DNA of 64,000 nt from Gammaproteobacteria bacterium. Lineage in GTDB: Bacteria > Pseudomonadota > Gammaproteobacteria > Methylococcales > Methylomonadaceae. Each line of letters opens with the position of its first letter. Position 1 is the first letter of the stretch. Location of the stretch: the NCBI GenBank assembly GCA_016874115.1, contig VGVA01000002.1:8102-72101 (forward strand). Direction: 5' to 3'. The position numbers were made by a program, and so were the translations under genes. Below, piece after piece: positions 11,116 to 20,763 of this stretch. Below the pieces are notes generated by a model, which searched no databases, had not been told where the DNA came from, and saw only the letters and a program-made list of their open reading frames with translations.

Positions 11116-11885
11116 AGCAAGCCGGATTCTTCCTGCCGCAAGGTCAGGACTTCATAACCCTGTTCCGTCACCAGCACGGTATGCTCCCATTGCGCGGACA
11201 GGCTGTGATCTTTAGTGACGGCGGTCCAGCCGTCCGACAGTACTTTGACGTGGCGTTTGCCCAGGTTCAACATCGGTTCTATGGTGATAATCATACCGGC
11301 TTCCAGCACTTCGCCCTCGCCCGCCCTGCCGAAATGCAGAACATGGGGATCTTCATGAAAATTTTTCCCAATCCCGTGGCCGCAAAACTCCCTCACCACA
11401 GAATAACGATTGTTTTCGGCGTATTTTTGGATGACGTGGCCGATGTCGCCCAAAGTTGCGCCAGACTTGACCTGCTTGATACCGAGATACATGACTTCCT
11501 GAGTAATCGACACCAATCGTTTGGCATGGGGGCTAACGTCGCCGACACAGAACATCTTGCTGGTATCGCCGTGATACCCGTCTTTAATAATCGTGATATC
11601 GATATTAACGATATCGCCCGATTTCAGTTTTTTGCTGCTGGGTATTCCGTGGCAAACCGTCTGATTAATCGACGTGCAGATCGATTTAGGAAAACCGCGG
11701 TAATTGAGCGGCGCCGGAATGCATTGTTGCACATTAACGATGTAGTCATGGCAGATATCGTTCAACTCATCGGTGGTAACGCCGACAACGACATGCGGCG
11801 CAATCATTTCCAGAACCTCGGACGCCAATTTACCGGCAATCCGCATTTTTTCGATCTCGCTTTCGGTTTTAATAATGATGGACAT
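11112..11885 (-). CDS. map: Methionine aminopeptidase type I
   Basis: FPKSICTSIN…CHGIP, DGYHGDTS, CGHGIG…FHEDP, TIEPM, SAQWEHT. Start taken at MSIIIK (11885). Confidence 0.98.
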   Translation of the reverse strand: MSIIIKTESEIEKMRIAGKLASEVLEMIAPHVVVGVTTDELNDICHDYIVNVQQCIPAPLNYRGFPKSICTSINQTVCHGIPSSKKLKSGDIVNIDITIIKDGYHGDTSKMFCVGDVSPHAKRLVSITQEVMYLGIKQVKSGATLGDIGHVIQKYAENNRYSVVREFCGHGIGKNFHEDPHVLHFGRAGEGEVLEAGMIITIEPMLNLGKRHVKVLSDGWTAVTKDHSLSAQWEHTVLVTEQGYEVLTLRQEESGLL

Positions 11886-12007
11886 AAGAAAACAGGTTAA
11901 AGGCGATAGGCACAAGACTCAAAAACACAGAAACGGCTTTTAGCTTTTGCCTTCCACTTAAATTATGAGAGTTTATCAGAGTTCGGCTTGTTGTAAAAAG
12001 CCGATTA

Positions 12008-12016
12008 TGGTATAAA
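12008..12016 (+). promoter_or_regulatory. Extended -10 promoter of rpsB-tsf
   Basis: TGGTATAAAG resembles the extended -10 of the E. coli rpsB promoter and sits in the same position before the leader. Confidence 0.55.
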
Positions 12017-12039
12017 GACGAGTTGATTTACACAATAAA

Positions 12040-12130
12040 TACTCACGCTTATCGTCACGCATGATAGGGTGCCGGTTTTATCTTGGTATTACCGGTTATC
12101 AGACGGGGTAAGCAGAGGCGCAACCCAACT
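12040..12130 (+). ncRNA. rpsB 5' leader (t44 / S2 autoregulatory structure)
   Basis: CAC…GGGTG…GAGGCGCAACCC elements like the gammaproteobacterial rpsB leader, directly upstream of rpsB. Confidence 0.65.
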
Positions 12131-12187
12131 CGAAATCGAGGTTTCGCATAACCTTCATATTTCGGCAATAAATCTTAGGAGAAATTA

Positions 12188-12931
12188 ATGTCGGCAGTAT
12201 CAATGCGTGAAATGCTGGAAGCAGGGGTTCATTTCGGACACCAAACCCGTTACTGGAATCCCAAAATGGCTAATTACCTTTACGGATCCCGTAACAAAAT
12301 CCATATCATTAACTTGGAAAAATCGCTTCCCCTTTTCAATGACGCGATGAATTATATCGGCCAAATGGCGGCCAACAAAGGCACCATTTTATTTGTAGGC
12401 ACCAAAAAAGCAGCGCGTAAAGTCGTCGCGGAAGAAGCGATCCGTTGCGGAATGCCCTACGTTAACCACCGTTGGCTCGGCGGTATGTTAACCAACTTCA
12501 AAACCATTAAAAAATCGGTTTCCCGCCTGAAAGAGCTGGAAACCATGAAAGCGGACGGCACCTTGTACCAAAAATTCGGCAAAAAAGAAGCATTGGGCAT
12601 GGAGCGCGAAATGGAAAAGCTGGAACGCAGCTTGGGCGGTATTAAAGATATGAAAGGCGTTCCCGACCTTATCTTTGTATTGGATGTCGGTTACGAAAAA
12701 AACGCCATCAGCGAAGCTAAGAAACTTGGCATTCCGGTCGTGGGCATTGTCGACTCCAACAATTCGCCGGAAAATGTCGATTACGTTATTCCCGGCAATG
12801 ACGACTCCATCCGCGCAGTCAAACTGTACTGTGAAAGCGCCGCTACCTCGGTGCTGGACGCCAAATCCGCAGTTTTGGGTTTATCTGCAAAAGCCGATGA
12901 TTTTGTTGAAGAAACCGAAGTAAACCAATAA
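12188..12931 (+). CDS. rpsB: 30S ribosomal protein S2
   Basis: [41 protein letters not shown]. Confidence 0.99.
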   Translation: MSAVSMREMLEAGVHFGHQTRYWNPKMANYLYGSRNKIHIINLEKSLPLFNDAMNYIGQMAANKGTILFVGTKKAARKVVAEEAIRCGMPYVNHRWLGGMLTNFKTIKKSVSRLKELETMKADGTLYQKFGKKEALGMEREMEKLERSLGGIKDMKGVPDLIFVLDVGYEKNAISEAKKLGIPVVGIVDSNNSPENVDYVIPGNDDSIRAVKLYCESAATSVLDAKSAVLGLSAKADDFVEETEVNQ

Positions 12932-12988
12932 TATTTTTAAACCCGGTTGCCTGTTTCTCAGGTTCCGGCGTACAGGCAAATGCTTATC

Positions 12989-13014
12989 AAACGCCTCCTG
13001 CCGGAGGCGTTTTT
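12989..13014 (+). terminator. Intrinsic terminator/attenuator between rpsB and tsf
   Basis: AAACGCCTCC-TGCC-GGAGGCGTTT followed by TT. A second hairpin TTGCCTGT…ACAGGCAA lies just upstream (12947-12979). Confidence 0.7.
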
Positions 13015-13045
13015 ATACAGATTTAAGATAGCGAGAACAGACAAA

Positions 13046-13933
13046 ATGAGCGAAAACATTAGCGCAGCAATGGTTAAAGAATTGCGTGAGCGTACCGGTT
13101 CCGGCATGATGGAATGCAAAAAAGCCCTGGTCGAAGCCAATGGCGACATGGAACTGGCCATTGAAAACATGCGTAAAGCCGGTTTGGCTAAAGCCGATAA
13201 AAAATCCGGGCGTATTGCCGCGGAAGGATTAATCGGCGTACAAACCAGCGCAGACGCAAAAGCGGTGGCGATGGTTGAAGTGAATTGCGAAACCGATTTC
13301 GTCGCCAAAGCCGACGACTTTGTTAATTACGTCAAATCGGTTGCCACCGGTTTATTAACTGCCGAAGTCGCGGATTTGGAGCAACTGATGGCGATGCCAT
13401 TGGCGGACGGACAAAGCGTTGAAGACACTCGCCGCGGGCTGATCGCCAAGCTGGGCGAAAACATCACAGTCAGACGGTTTGAAAAATACCAAACGGCCAG
13501 CGGCGGCACCGCCTGTTACCTGCACGGCAGCAAAATCGGAGTTATTGTTGAATTAGCATCAGCCGATGCCGAACTGGGCAAAGACATTGCCATGCACATT
13601 GCGGCGAGCCGCCCAATATGCGTGTCGGAAGATCAGGTTTCTCCTGAAACTATTGAGAAAGAAAAAGAAATTTTCCGCGCCCAATCGGCCGAAAGCGGTA
13701 AACCTGCCGACATTATCGAAAAAATGGTCAGCGGCAGAATCAGTAAATTCCTAGCAGAAGTCACCCTACTGGGACAGCCGTTCATCAAAGACGACAAACA
13801 AACCATCGCTAAACTGGTGACATCAAAATCGAATAAGGTGATCCGCTTTGCCCGCTATGAAGTCGGCGAAGGCATTGAAAAGAAAGAAGAAGATTTTGCC
13901 GCCGAAGTCATGGCGCAAGTCAAAGGCAGCTAA
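13046..13933 (+). CDS. tsf: Elongation factor Ts
   Basis: [29 protein letters not shown]. Start at MSENISAA (13046). Confidence 0.99.
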   Translation: MSENISAAMVKELRERTGSGMMECKKALVEANGDMELAIENMRKAGLAKADKKSGRIAAEGLIGVQTSADAKAVAMVEVNCETDFVAKADDFVNYVKSVATGLLTAEVADLEQLMAMPLADGQSVEDTRRGLIAKLGENITVRRFEKYQTASGGTACYLHGSKIGVIVELASADAELGKDIAMHIAASRPICVSEDQVSPETIEKEKEIFRAQSAESGKPADIIEKMVSGRISKFLAEVTLLGQPFIKDDKQTIAKLVTSKSNKVIRFARYEVGEGIEKKEEDFAAEVMAQVKGS

Positions 13934-13981
13934 GCGCAAGTTTAATAAACCAACCCCACAACAGCTAACGGTTGATTAATA

Positions 13982-14704
13982 ATGACTCAGACTATTTGTA
14001 AAAGGATTTTGCTAAAACTGAGCGGCGAAGCATTAATGAGCGAAACCGGCGGCAGTATCGACGCCGATATCCTCAAACGCTTAGCTATGGAGATCAAAGA
14101 GTTATGCGACATGGGCATACAAATCGGCCTAGTGATCGGCGGCGGCAATATTTTACGCGGCGCACAAAAAGCGTCGGAAGGGTTGGACCGGGTCACCGGC
14201 GATCAGATGGGCATGCTGGCGACGGTGATTAATGCCCTCGCCATGCAGGATGCTATCGAACATCTGGGCCAACCGGTCAGAGTAATGTCGGCCTTAAAAA
14301 TTAACCAGGTTTGTGAAGATTTCATTCGCCGCCGCGCCGTGCGACATTTGGAAAAAGGCCGTGTCGTTGTGTTTGCGGCGGGAACCGGCAACCCGTTTTT
14401 TACGACCGACTCTGCAGCCAGCTTGCGGGCGATTGAGATTAATGCGGAATTAATGATTAAGGCCACCAAAGTTAAAGGCGTTTATTCCGCCGATCCTGAA
14501 AAAGTCAAAAATGCCATATTTTATCCGCGCTTAACCTACGATGAAGCCTTGGATCAGCGCCTGAACGTCATGGATACGACGGCTCTGGTTTTATGCCGGG
14601 ACAACAACGTCCCTATGCGCGTCATGAATATTTTCGAACAAGGAGCGATCAAACGGTTGATGTTAGGCGAAGAGATTGGCTCTCTTATTGAACGAGGTAA
14701 TTGA
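13982..14704 (+). CDS. pyrH: UMP kinase
   Basis: [32 protein letters not shown]. Confidence 0.99.
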   Translation: MTQTICKRILLKLSGEALMSETGGSIDADILKRLAMEIKELCDMGIQIGLVIGGGNILRGAQKASEGLDRVTGDQMGMLATVINALAMQDAIEHLGQPVRVMSALKINQVCEDFIRRRAVRHLEKGRVVVFAAGTGNPFFTTDSAASLRAIEINAELMIKATKVKGVYSADPEKVKNAIFYPRLTYDEALDQRLNVMDTTALVLCRDNNVPMRVMNIFEQGAIKRLMLGEEIGSLIERGN

Positions 14705-14705
14705 A

Positions 14706-15263
14706 ATGATCAGCGATATTCAGCAAAATGCCGCCACCCGCATGGATAAAAGCATTGAAGCGTTAAAACACGAATTCGATAAAATCAGAACCGGACGGGC
14801 GCACCCCAGCTTGCTGGATCAAATATCCGTCCCCTATTACGGCAACGAATCCACCTTATCGCAGGTTGCCAATATTGCCGTGGAAGACGCACGCACCTTG
14901 ACGGTAACGCCTTGGGAAAAGAACATGGTATCCGTCATTGAAAAAGCGATTCTTAAATCCGATCTCGGCTTGAATCCCGCCACCAACGGTATGGTTATCC
15001 GCATCCCGTTACCAGCCTTAACCGAAGAACGCCGACGGAATCTGGTGAAAATCGTTAAAAATGAAGCGGAAAACGGTCGCGTTTCGATCAGGAATATCCG
15101 CCGCGACGCCAACACGGAAATTAAAGACGCGCTAAAAGACAAAAAAATTTCCGAAGACGAAGCCCGAGGCGCTGAAGAAAAAATTCAAAAATTAACCGAC
15201 CAGTATGTTAAAGAGGTCGAAAAACTGTTGGAAACCAAAGAAGCCGACCTGATGTCGATTTAG
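14706..15263 (+). CDS. frr: Ribosome recycling factor
   Basis: [32 protein letters not shown]. Start at MISDIQ (14706). Confidence 0.99.
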   Translation: MISDIQQNAATRMDKSIEALKHEFDKIRTGRAHPSLLDQISVPYYGNESTLSQVANIAVEDARTLTVTPWEKNMVSVIEKAILKSDLGLNPATNGMVIRIPLPALTEERRRNLVKIVKNEAENGRVSIRNIRRDANTEIKDALKDKKISEDEARGAEEKIQKLTDQYVKEVEKLLETKEADLMSI

Positions 15264-15272
15264 GGAATTCAC

Positions 15273-16046
15273 GTGCCTGCTGCGGAGCATTCAAGCTTAG
15301 CCACCGATAACGGTATTCCGCGCCATATTGCTATTATCATGGATGGTAACGGCAGATGGGCCGAACAAAAACGAATGCCGCGCGCATTCGGTCATCAGGC
15401 GGGCGTCAAAACCGTCAGAAAAGTCGTGGAACACTGCGGCAATTTAGGCGTGGAAGTATTAACCTTGTTTGCGTTCAGCAGCGAAAACTGGCGGCGGCCG
15501 AAAGATGAAGTTTCCTTATTAATGTCCTTATTTATCGAAACCTTACAAAGAGAAATCGATACTTTGGACAAAAACGGCATCCGCCTGCTGTTTATCGGCG
15601 ACCGTACCGCGTTCCCTTCTGCATTGCAGGCGAAAATGCAGTCGGGCGAGCTGCAAACCCAAAATAACACGGCATTAACTCTGGTGATTGCCGCAAATTA
15701 CGGCGGTCATTGGGATATGTGCCAGGCCATGCAGCAAATCACCGATAAAACGGCGGCTGGCGTATTGGCTCCTCAGCCCATCACGCCGCAATTAATCGAA
15801 GCGCATCTGTCGACAGCCGGCCTGCCCGATCCCGATCTGTTCATCAGAACCGGCGGCGAAGAGCGGGTCAGTAATTTTATGCTGTGGCAACTGGCCTATA
15901 CCGAGCTTTACTTCACCCCTGCCCTGTGGCCGGACTTCGACGATAAAGCAATGGACGACGCCATCCTTAGTTTTAAAAGCCGTCAGCGCCGTTTCGGCCA
16001 TACTGGCGAACAAATCTTAAATAAAACAATAACGCTTACAACCTAG
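15273..16046 (+). CDS. uppS: Undecaprenyl diphosphate synthase
   Basis: HIAIIMDGNGRWA, FAFSSENWRRP, PDPDLFIRTGGEERVSNFMLWQLAY. Confidence 0.98.
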   Translation: MPAAEHSSLATDNGIPRHIAIIMDGNGRWAEQKRMPRAFGHQAGVKTVRKVVEHCGNLGVEVLTLFAFSSENWRRPKDEVSLLMSLFIETLQREIDTLDKNGIRLLFIGDRTAFPSALQAKMQSGELQTQNNTALTLVIAANYGGHWDMCQAMQQITDKTAAGVLAPQPITPQLIEAHLSTAGLPDPDLFIRTGGEERVSNFMLWQLAYTELYFTPALWPDFDDKAMDDAILSFKSRQRRFGHTGEQILNKTITLTT

Positions 16047-16054
16047 TATTAACG

Positions 16055-17032
16055 ATGTTACAACAACGAGTGATCACGGCGGCTATACTGGCGCCATTAA
16101 TAATTCTGGCGGTCTTCAAATTACCGGCTGATTTGTTTTCCTTACTGATGGGGATGATAATCCTGCTGGCCGCATGGGAGTGGAGCGGACTGATCGGCAT
16201 CCATGAACGTAAACAAAAGTATCTGTTTTTATTGGCTTTGATACTTCCCATGCTGTTTATTCAATTATGGACGCAATTTCTTGAAGCCACGTATTACTTA
16301 ATAGAAACCGCCCAGCAAGGTATCTACCAACACGCCAAAAAATCCGGCTGGACATCCATCAGCACGTTTATGGAATACCTGAATGTGCCTGACGTCCGCT
16401 ATTATTCCGGCATCATTGAATGGTTGGTAGTCCCGGCAGTGATCTTCTGGGTGCTGGTCATGATATTAATCAAACACACTCCGAACGGCGTTTTAAATCT
16501 GGAATTAACCACCAAACAAAAGGCCTGGATGGGCGGTGCGATTCTGGTGCTGGCCTGGATGTTCTTCGTCAGGCTGCGGCTGTTATACGGCAGCGAAATG
16601 GCCTTGTACTTATTACTATTAATCTGGGCTGCGGACGTAAGTGCTTATTTCGTCGGCAAAAAATTCGGCAAAACCAAATTGGCGCCGGAAATCAGCCCAG
16701 GCAAAACCACCGCAGGATTTTACGGCGCGCTGGCGTCTGCAGTAATCTGCGGCGTTGTATTGAGCCTGATTTATAAATTCCCGTTAATGAATGCATCCGA
16801 CATCATTCTACTTTCGGTCTTAACGGTGTTAATCTCCATCTACGGCGACCTGTTTTTCAGCGTGGTTAAACGGAAAAGCGGACAAAAAGACAGCGGCTCC
16901 CTGCTACCCGGTCACGGTGGCATATTGGATCGCATCGACAGCATGATCGCCGCCATACCGGTGTTCTATTCCGGCATTTACATCATCTATTGGATGATTG
17001 AAAACGCCCAAGCCACCGGGACAACCCAATGA
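16055..17032 (+). CDS. cdsA: Phosphatidate cytidylyltransferase, with an internal insertion
   Basis: [21 protein letters not shown]…[21 protein letters not shown]…[19 protein letters not shown]. Confidence 0.95.
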   Translation: MLQQRVITAAILAPLIILAVFKLPADLFSLLMGMIILLAAWEWSGLIGIHERKQKYLFLLALILPMLFIQLWTQFLEATYYLIETAQQGIYQHAKKSGWTSISTFMEYLNVPDVRYYSGIIEWLVVPAVIFWVLVMILIKHTPNGVLNLELTTKQKAWMGGAILVLAWMFFVRLRLLYGSEMALYLLLLIWAADVSAYFVGKKFGKTKLAPEISPGKTTAGFYGALASAVICGVVLSLIYKFPLMNASDIILLSVLTVLISIYGDLFFSVVKRKSGQKDSGSLLPGHGGILDRIDSMIAAIPVFYSGIYIIYWMIENAQATGTTQ

Positions 17033-18213
17033 AAGGCTTATGCATTCTGGGCGCAACCGGTTCAATCGGCGTCAGCACACTGGATGTCGCCGCACGGCAT
17101 CCACATCTCTACAAAGTCGTCGCCTTAACGGCAAATGGGAATATCGACGGTTTATTTGAACAATGCCTTGCCCATCATCCGCAGTATGCAGTCGTCGTTA
17201 ATGAAGGCCTAGCGGAGAAATTCAGCCGTAAAATCAGTAGCTCACCGGTTTCCGATATAAAAGTTCTATCGGGAGCATCGGCATTGGAAACCGTTGCAAC
17301 ACTGGACGAAGTCGACTCGGTGATGGCCGCCATCGTCGGCGCTGCCGGGTTATTACCCAGTCTAGCTGCGGCGAAAGCAGGCAAAACCGTGTTACTCGCC
17401 AATAAAGAAGCTTTGGTAATGTCCGGCGATATCTTCATGGACGCCATTAATCATTCAGGCGCTCATTTGCTACCTATCGACAGCGAGCACAACGCCATTT
17501 TCCAGTGCATGCCCGCACACTATAAAACCGGCACCGACGGCAAGCAGGTCCGCCGCATTTTATTAACGGCGTCGGGTGGGCCGTTCCGGGAAATGCCCAT
17601 CGATCAGATGGCGCATGTTACGCCCGAACAGGCGGTCGCTCATCCGAATTGGGATATGGGTAAGAAAATTTCGGTAGATTCGGCCACCATGATGAACAAA
17701 GGCTTGGAAATGATCGAAGCCTGTTTGCTGTTTAATATGAAACCGGAACAGATTCAGGTGGTCATACATCCGCAAAGCGTCATTCATTCCATGGTCGATT
17801 ATGTGGATGGCACCGTGCTGGCGCAAATGGGCAACCCTGACATGCGCATCCCCATCGCTCACGCGATGGCTTGGCCGGAACGTTTCGATTCCGGCGCTAA
17901 ACCATTGAATATATTCGATGTACGCCGTATGGATTTTGAAGAACCGAATTTACAGCGTTTTCCCTGTCTGCGTCTGGCTTATAACGCCATTAACGCGGGC
18001 GGCACCATGCCGACAGTATTGAACGCAGCTAATGAAATTGCGGTCGAAGCGTTTTTAGACAGACGTATTAAATTTACCGATATTCCGGTCATAATCGAAC
18101 GAACCATGGCCGCCATTGCCGTCACAGCAGCGGATAGTCTGGAAATTATTCTTGAACACGACCAAAAAGCCCGTACAGTAGCTAAAGAGATCATTACTGA
18201 GTTAATTCATTAA
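17029..18213 (+). CDS. dxr: 1-deoxy-D-xylulose-5-phosphate reductoisomerase
   Basis: [48 protein letters not shown]. Confidence 0.99.
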   Translation: MKGLCILGATGSIGVSTLDVAARHPHLYKVVALTANGNIDGLFEQCLAHHPQYAVVVNEGLAEKFSRKISSSPVSDIKVLSGASALETVATLDEVDSVMAAIVGAAGLLPSLAAAKAGKTVLLANKEALVMSGDIFMDAINHSGAHLLPIDSEHNAIFQCMPAHYKTGTDGKQVRRILLTASGGPFREMPIDQMAHVTPEQAVAHPNWDMGKKISVDSATMMNKGLEMIEACLLFNMKPEQIQVVIHPQSVIHSMVDYVDGTVLAQMGNPDMRIPIAHAMAWPERFDSGAKPLNIFDVRRMDFEEPNLQRFPCLRLAYNAINAGGTMPTVLNAANEIAVEAFLDRRIKFTDIPVIIERTMAAIAVTAADSLEIILEHDQKARTVAKEIITELIH

Positions 18214-19577
18214 TGGAATTATTACATACCCTGTTTTTTTTCATCCTTGCCATCGGCATACTGGTTTCCTTCCACGAATTCGGCCATTTTTGGGTTGCGC
18301 GCAAAACCGGCGTAAAAGTCCTCCGTTTTTCGGTCGGCTTCGGCAAGGTACTCTGGTCCCGGCAAAAATCTCCTGAAGACACCGAATATGTCATTTCCGC
18401 CATTCCTTTAGGCGGTTACGTAAAAATGGTTGACGAACGCGAAGGACCGGTAAAACCGGAAGACTTGCCGTACGCCTTCAACCGGCAACCCTTGTGGGTG
18501 CGCACCGCCATCGTTTCCGCAGGTCCGGCATTTAATATTATGCTGGCAATCACACTGTTTTGGGGTGTACTGGTGATAGGCGAAACCGGCTTAAGACCGG
18601 TGTTGGGCGAAATGAAACCGGGAACGCTGGCACAAGCCGCCGGTTTTGTGGAAGGGGAAGAAATTCTTGCCGTCAACGATAAACTTACCCCAACCTGGAC
18701 CGACGCCATGACCACATTAATCACCCTGGCGATGGACGGCGAACCCAACATCCGCGTTAAAGTAAAAAACAGCGCCGACGAACAAGCGGTTAAAGAGCTA
18801 CATTTAGGCGAAAGCGACACTCAGGATTCGGAAAAACTTTACGACCGTTTAGGTTTCACTCCCAAATTGCCCAATTATTACCCTGTAGTGGCGGAAGTAT
18901 TTCCCGACAGCGCGGCACAGGCCGCAGGTCTGAAAAAAGACGACGCCATCATCAGCGCCGACGGTACGGAATTCAAGAATGTCGACCAATGGATCGGTTT
19001 CGTCAAAAAGAAACCGGGTACGCCGGTTAAAGTCATCATTAATCGTCAAGGCGCGGAGCTGGCTTTAACCGTTACGCCAAAAAGCGTCTCCTCCGAATCC
19101 AATCAGCCCGAAGGCAAAATCGGCGCCGCCATGACCATGCCGAAAGATTTGCTGAAAACCGTACTGGTGGAACATTCGCTGCCCCCGCTTGAAGCCATTC
19201 CGGCAGCATTAACCATGACATACGACAACGCCATCACTATGCTTAAAATGATGGGCAAAATGTTTATCGGCAAAGTTTCCGTCAAAAATCTAAGCGGACC
19301 TATCGGCATTGCCAAAATCGCCGGACAATCCGCTACCATAAGCTTTGTCGCGTTTATTAGGTTTATGGCCTTGGTCAGCGTCAGTTTAGGCGTCTTAAAC
19401 TTACTCCCGATACCGGTGCTGGATGGCGGTCATCTGATGTTCTTCGGCATCGAGGCCGTTAAAGGCAGCCCGATTCCCGAAAAAGTACAACTTTTTTTCC
19501 AACAAATCGGCATGGCGCTCTTGTTTTTATTAATGGCTACGGCTATGGTCGTCGATATTCAGCGTTGGTTCGATTAA
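18213..19577 (+). CDS. rseP: RIP metalloprotease with two PDZ domains
   Basis: HEFGH zinc motif, IPLGGYVKM, NLLPIPVLDGGH. Confidence 0.98.
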   Translation: MELLHTLFFFILAIGILVSFHEFGHFWVARKTGVKVLRFSVGFGKVLWSRQKSPEDTEYVISAIPLGGYVKMVDEREGPVKPEDLPYAFNRQPLWVRTAIVSAGPAFNIMLAITLFWGVLVIGETGLRPVLGEMKPGTLAQAAGFVEGEEILAVNDKLTPTWTDAMTTLITLAMDGEPNIRVKVKNSADEQAVKELHLGESDTQDSEKLYDRLGFTPKLPNYYPVVAEVFPDSAAQAAGLKKDDAIISADGTEFKNVDQWIGFVKKKPGTPVKVIINRQGAELALTVTPKSVSSESNQPEGKIGAAMTMPKDLLKTVLVEHSLPPLEAIPAALTMTYDNAITMLKMMGKMFIGKVSVKNLSGPIGIAKIAGQSATISFVAFIRFMALVSVSLGVLNLLPIPVLDGGHLMFFGIEAVKGSPIPEKVQLFFQQIGMALLFLLMATAMVVDIQRWFD

Positions 19578-19655
19578 AAAACCGATTACTGTAGCAATAT
19601 AACGCAAGCTTTACTGACACAAAACCATAACAATTCACTTTCCACCGAGACGATT

Positions 19656-20372
19656 ATGACTAAACTCACCCAGATCAGCGGCCTGTTATTGTTAATCCTT
19701 TTAGCGCCATTGGCTCAGGCTGACGAAGCGGCGATAAAAGCAGCATTAACCAAAGCCATGCCGACACTGCAAATTGAAGCTATTAAACCATCTGGAATCA
19801 AAGGCTTATATGAAGTGACGATGGGTTCCAATATCTATTACGCCTCTGAAGACGGTAAATATCTGTTTCAAGGCCGCGTGGTTGATGTCGCTAATCGCAC
19901 GGATCTCACGGCGGAAAGACTGGGCGCGGTTCGTAAAACAGCATTAATGAAAGTGGGCGAAAACAATATGATTGTTTTTAAACCCAAAATAGCTAAATAT
20001 AAAGTCTATATCTTTACCGATATCGATTGCGGTTACTGCCGTAAGCTGCATTCGGAGATCGACCAATATTTAGCCGAAGGTATCACCATTAATTACCTGT
20101 TTTTACCGCGCGCGGGCAAACCTTCTGATTCATACGATAAAGCCGTTTCGGTGTGGTGCGCTAAAGACCGCAATCAGGCGCTGACTGCCGCTAAAAAAGA
20201 CGGCTCTTTAGAGCATTTGACTTGCGCTAATCCGGTTGACGCCCACATGAAATTAGCGTCCGAATTCGACATTAAAGGCACTCCGTTCATCATCTCAGAC
20301 AAGGGCAACACGTATCCAGGCTATTTAAGCGCCAAAGAGTTGTCCGAAGCGTTGCGCGGTGAAGGTAGTTAA
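19656..20372 (+). CDS. dsbC: Thiol:disulfide isomerase DsbC family
   Basis: Signal peptide (…LAQA/DE), FTDIDCGYCRKLH, KGTP cis-Pro loop. Confidence 0.92.
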   Translation: MTKLTQISGLLLLILLAPLAQADEAAIKAALTKAMPTLQIEAIKPSGIKGLYEVTMGSNIYYASEDGKYLFQGRVVDVANRTDLTAERLGAVRKTALMKVGENNMIVFKPKIAKYKVYIFTDIDCGYCRKLHSEIDQYLAEGITINYLFLPRAGKPSDSYDKAVSVWCAKDRNQALTAAKKDGSLEHLTCANPVDAHMKLASEFDIKGTPFIISDKGNTYPGYLSAKELSEALRGEGS

Positions 20373-20552
20373 TAATTTTTAATTAATTTCAATAAGTTAG
20401 AACCAGCATTACAACGCATTAATGATGCCGGTTTCGCGTTAACAACCTACCGTATCGAACCTGTCTCAGACGATGCCGTTTGCGGCAGGTTCACTTAAAG
20501 CCGGAGTACTCAAAAAAACGGCAACAATACGCTAATATTTCCGTATCGAAAA

Positions 20553-20579
20553 TAATCTATTTTTACTCTTTATAGATTA
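20553..20579. promoter_or_regulatory. Palindromic operator-like site upstream of the TonB-dependent receptor
   Basis: TAATCTAT-N11-ATAGATTA perfect 8-bp inverted repeat, ~185 bp upstream of the receptor ATG. Confidence 0.45.
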
Positions 20580-20763
20580 ATTAAAAAAGTTCGCAAAAGC
20601 TTGTAATCCAGCTTCTAATACATAACAATAGATTCTTAAGCAGCTTGGCGTCAGGTTTAACGCTTTTAGCTGTTGCTTGCCCTGCTTCGGTTGATTATTT
20701 TCAATCACCAACTCAAGCAATCCTAAAATTACAATAACAATCCCATTGGGTTGAAGCATTTTT

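Noticed and set aside
11181-11900. 239-aa ORF antisense to map
   Set aside because: Fully overlaps a highly conserved gene in the in-register antisense frame, and the composition is typical of shadow ORFs.
12947-13045. N-terminal extensions in the ORF track (tsf; likewise map, frr, pncC, DUF2069, fdxA, rpoB)
   Set aside because: They result from longest-ORF start calling. Conserved N-termini begin at downstream ATGs, and the tsf extension spans terminator hairpins.
20440-20520. Possible cobalamin riboswitch before the BtuB-like receptor
   Set aside because: Only a faint AGCCGGAG resemblance; the GGGAA, GCCACTG and B12-box core elements are absent.
20577-20759. 60-aa minus-strand ORF upstream of the receptor (possible peptide cargo)
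   Set aside because: No RBS, no leader or core motif and no modifying enzymes nearby; it overlaps the receptor promoter region.
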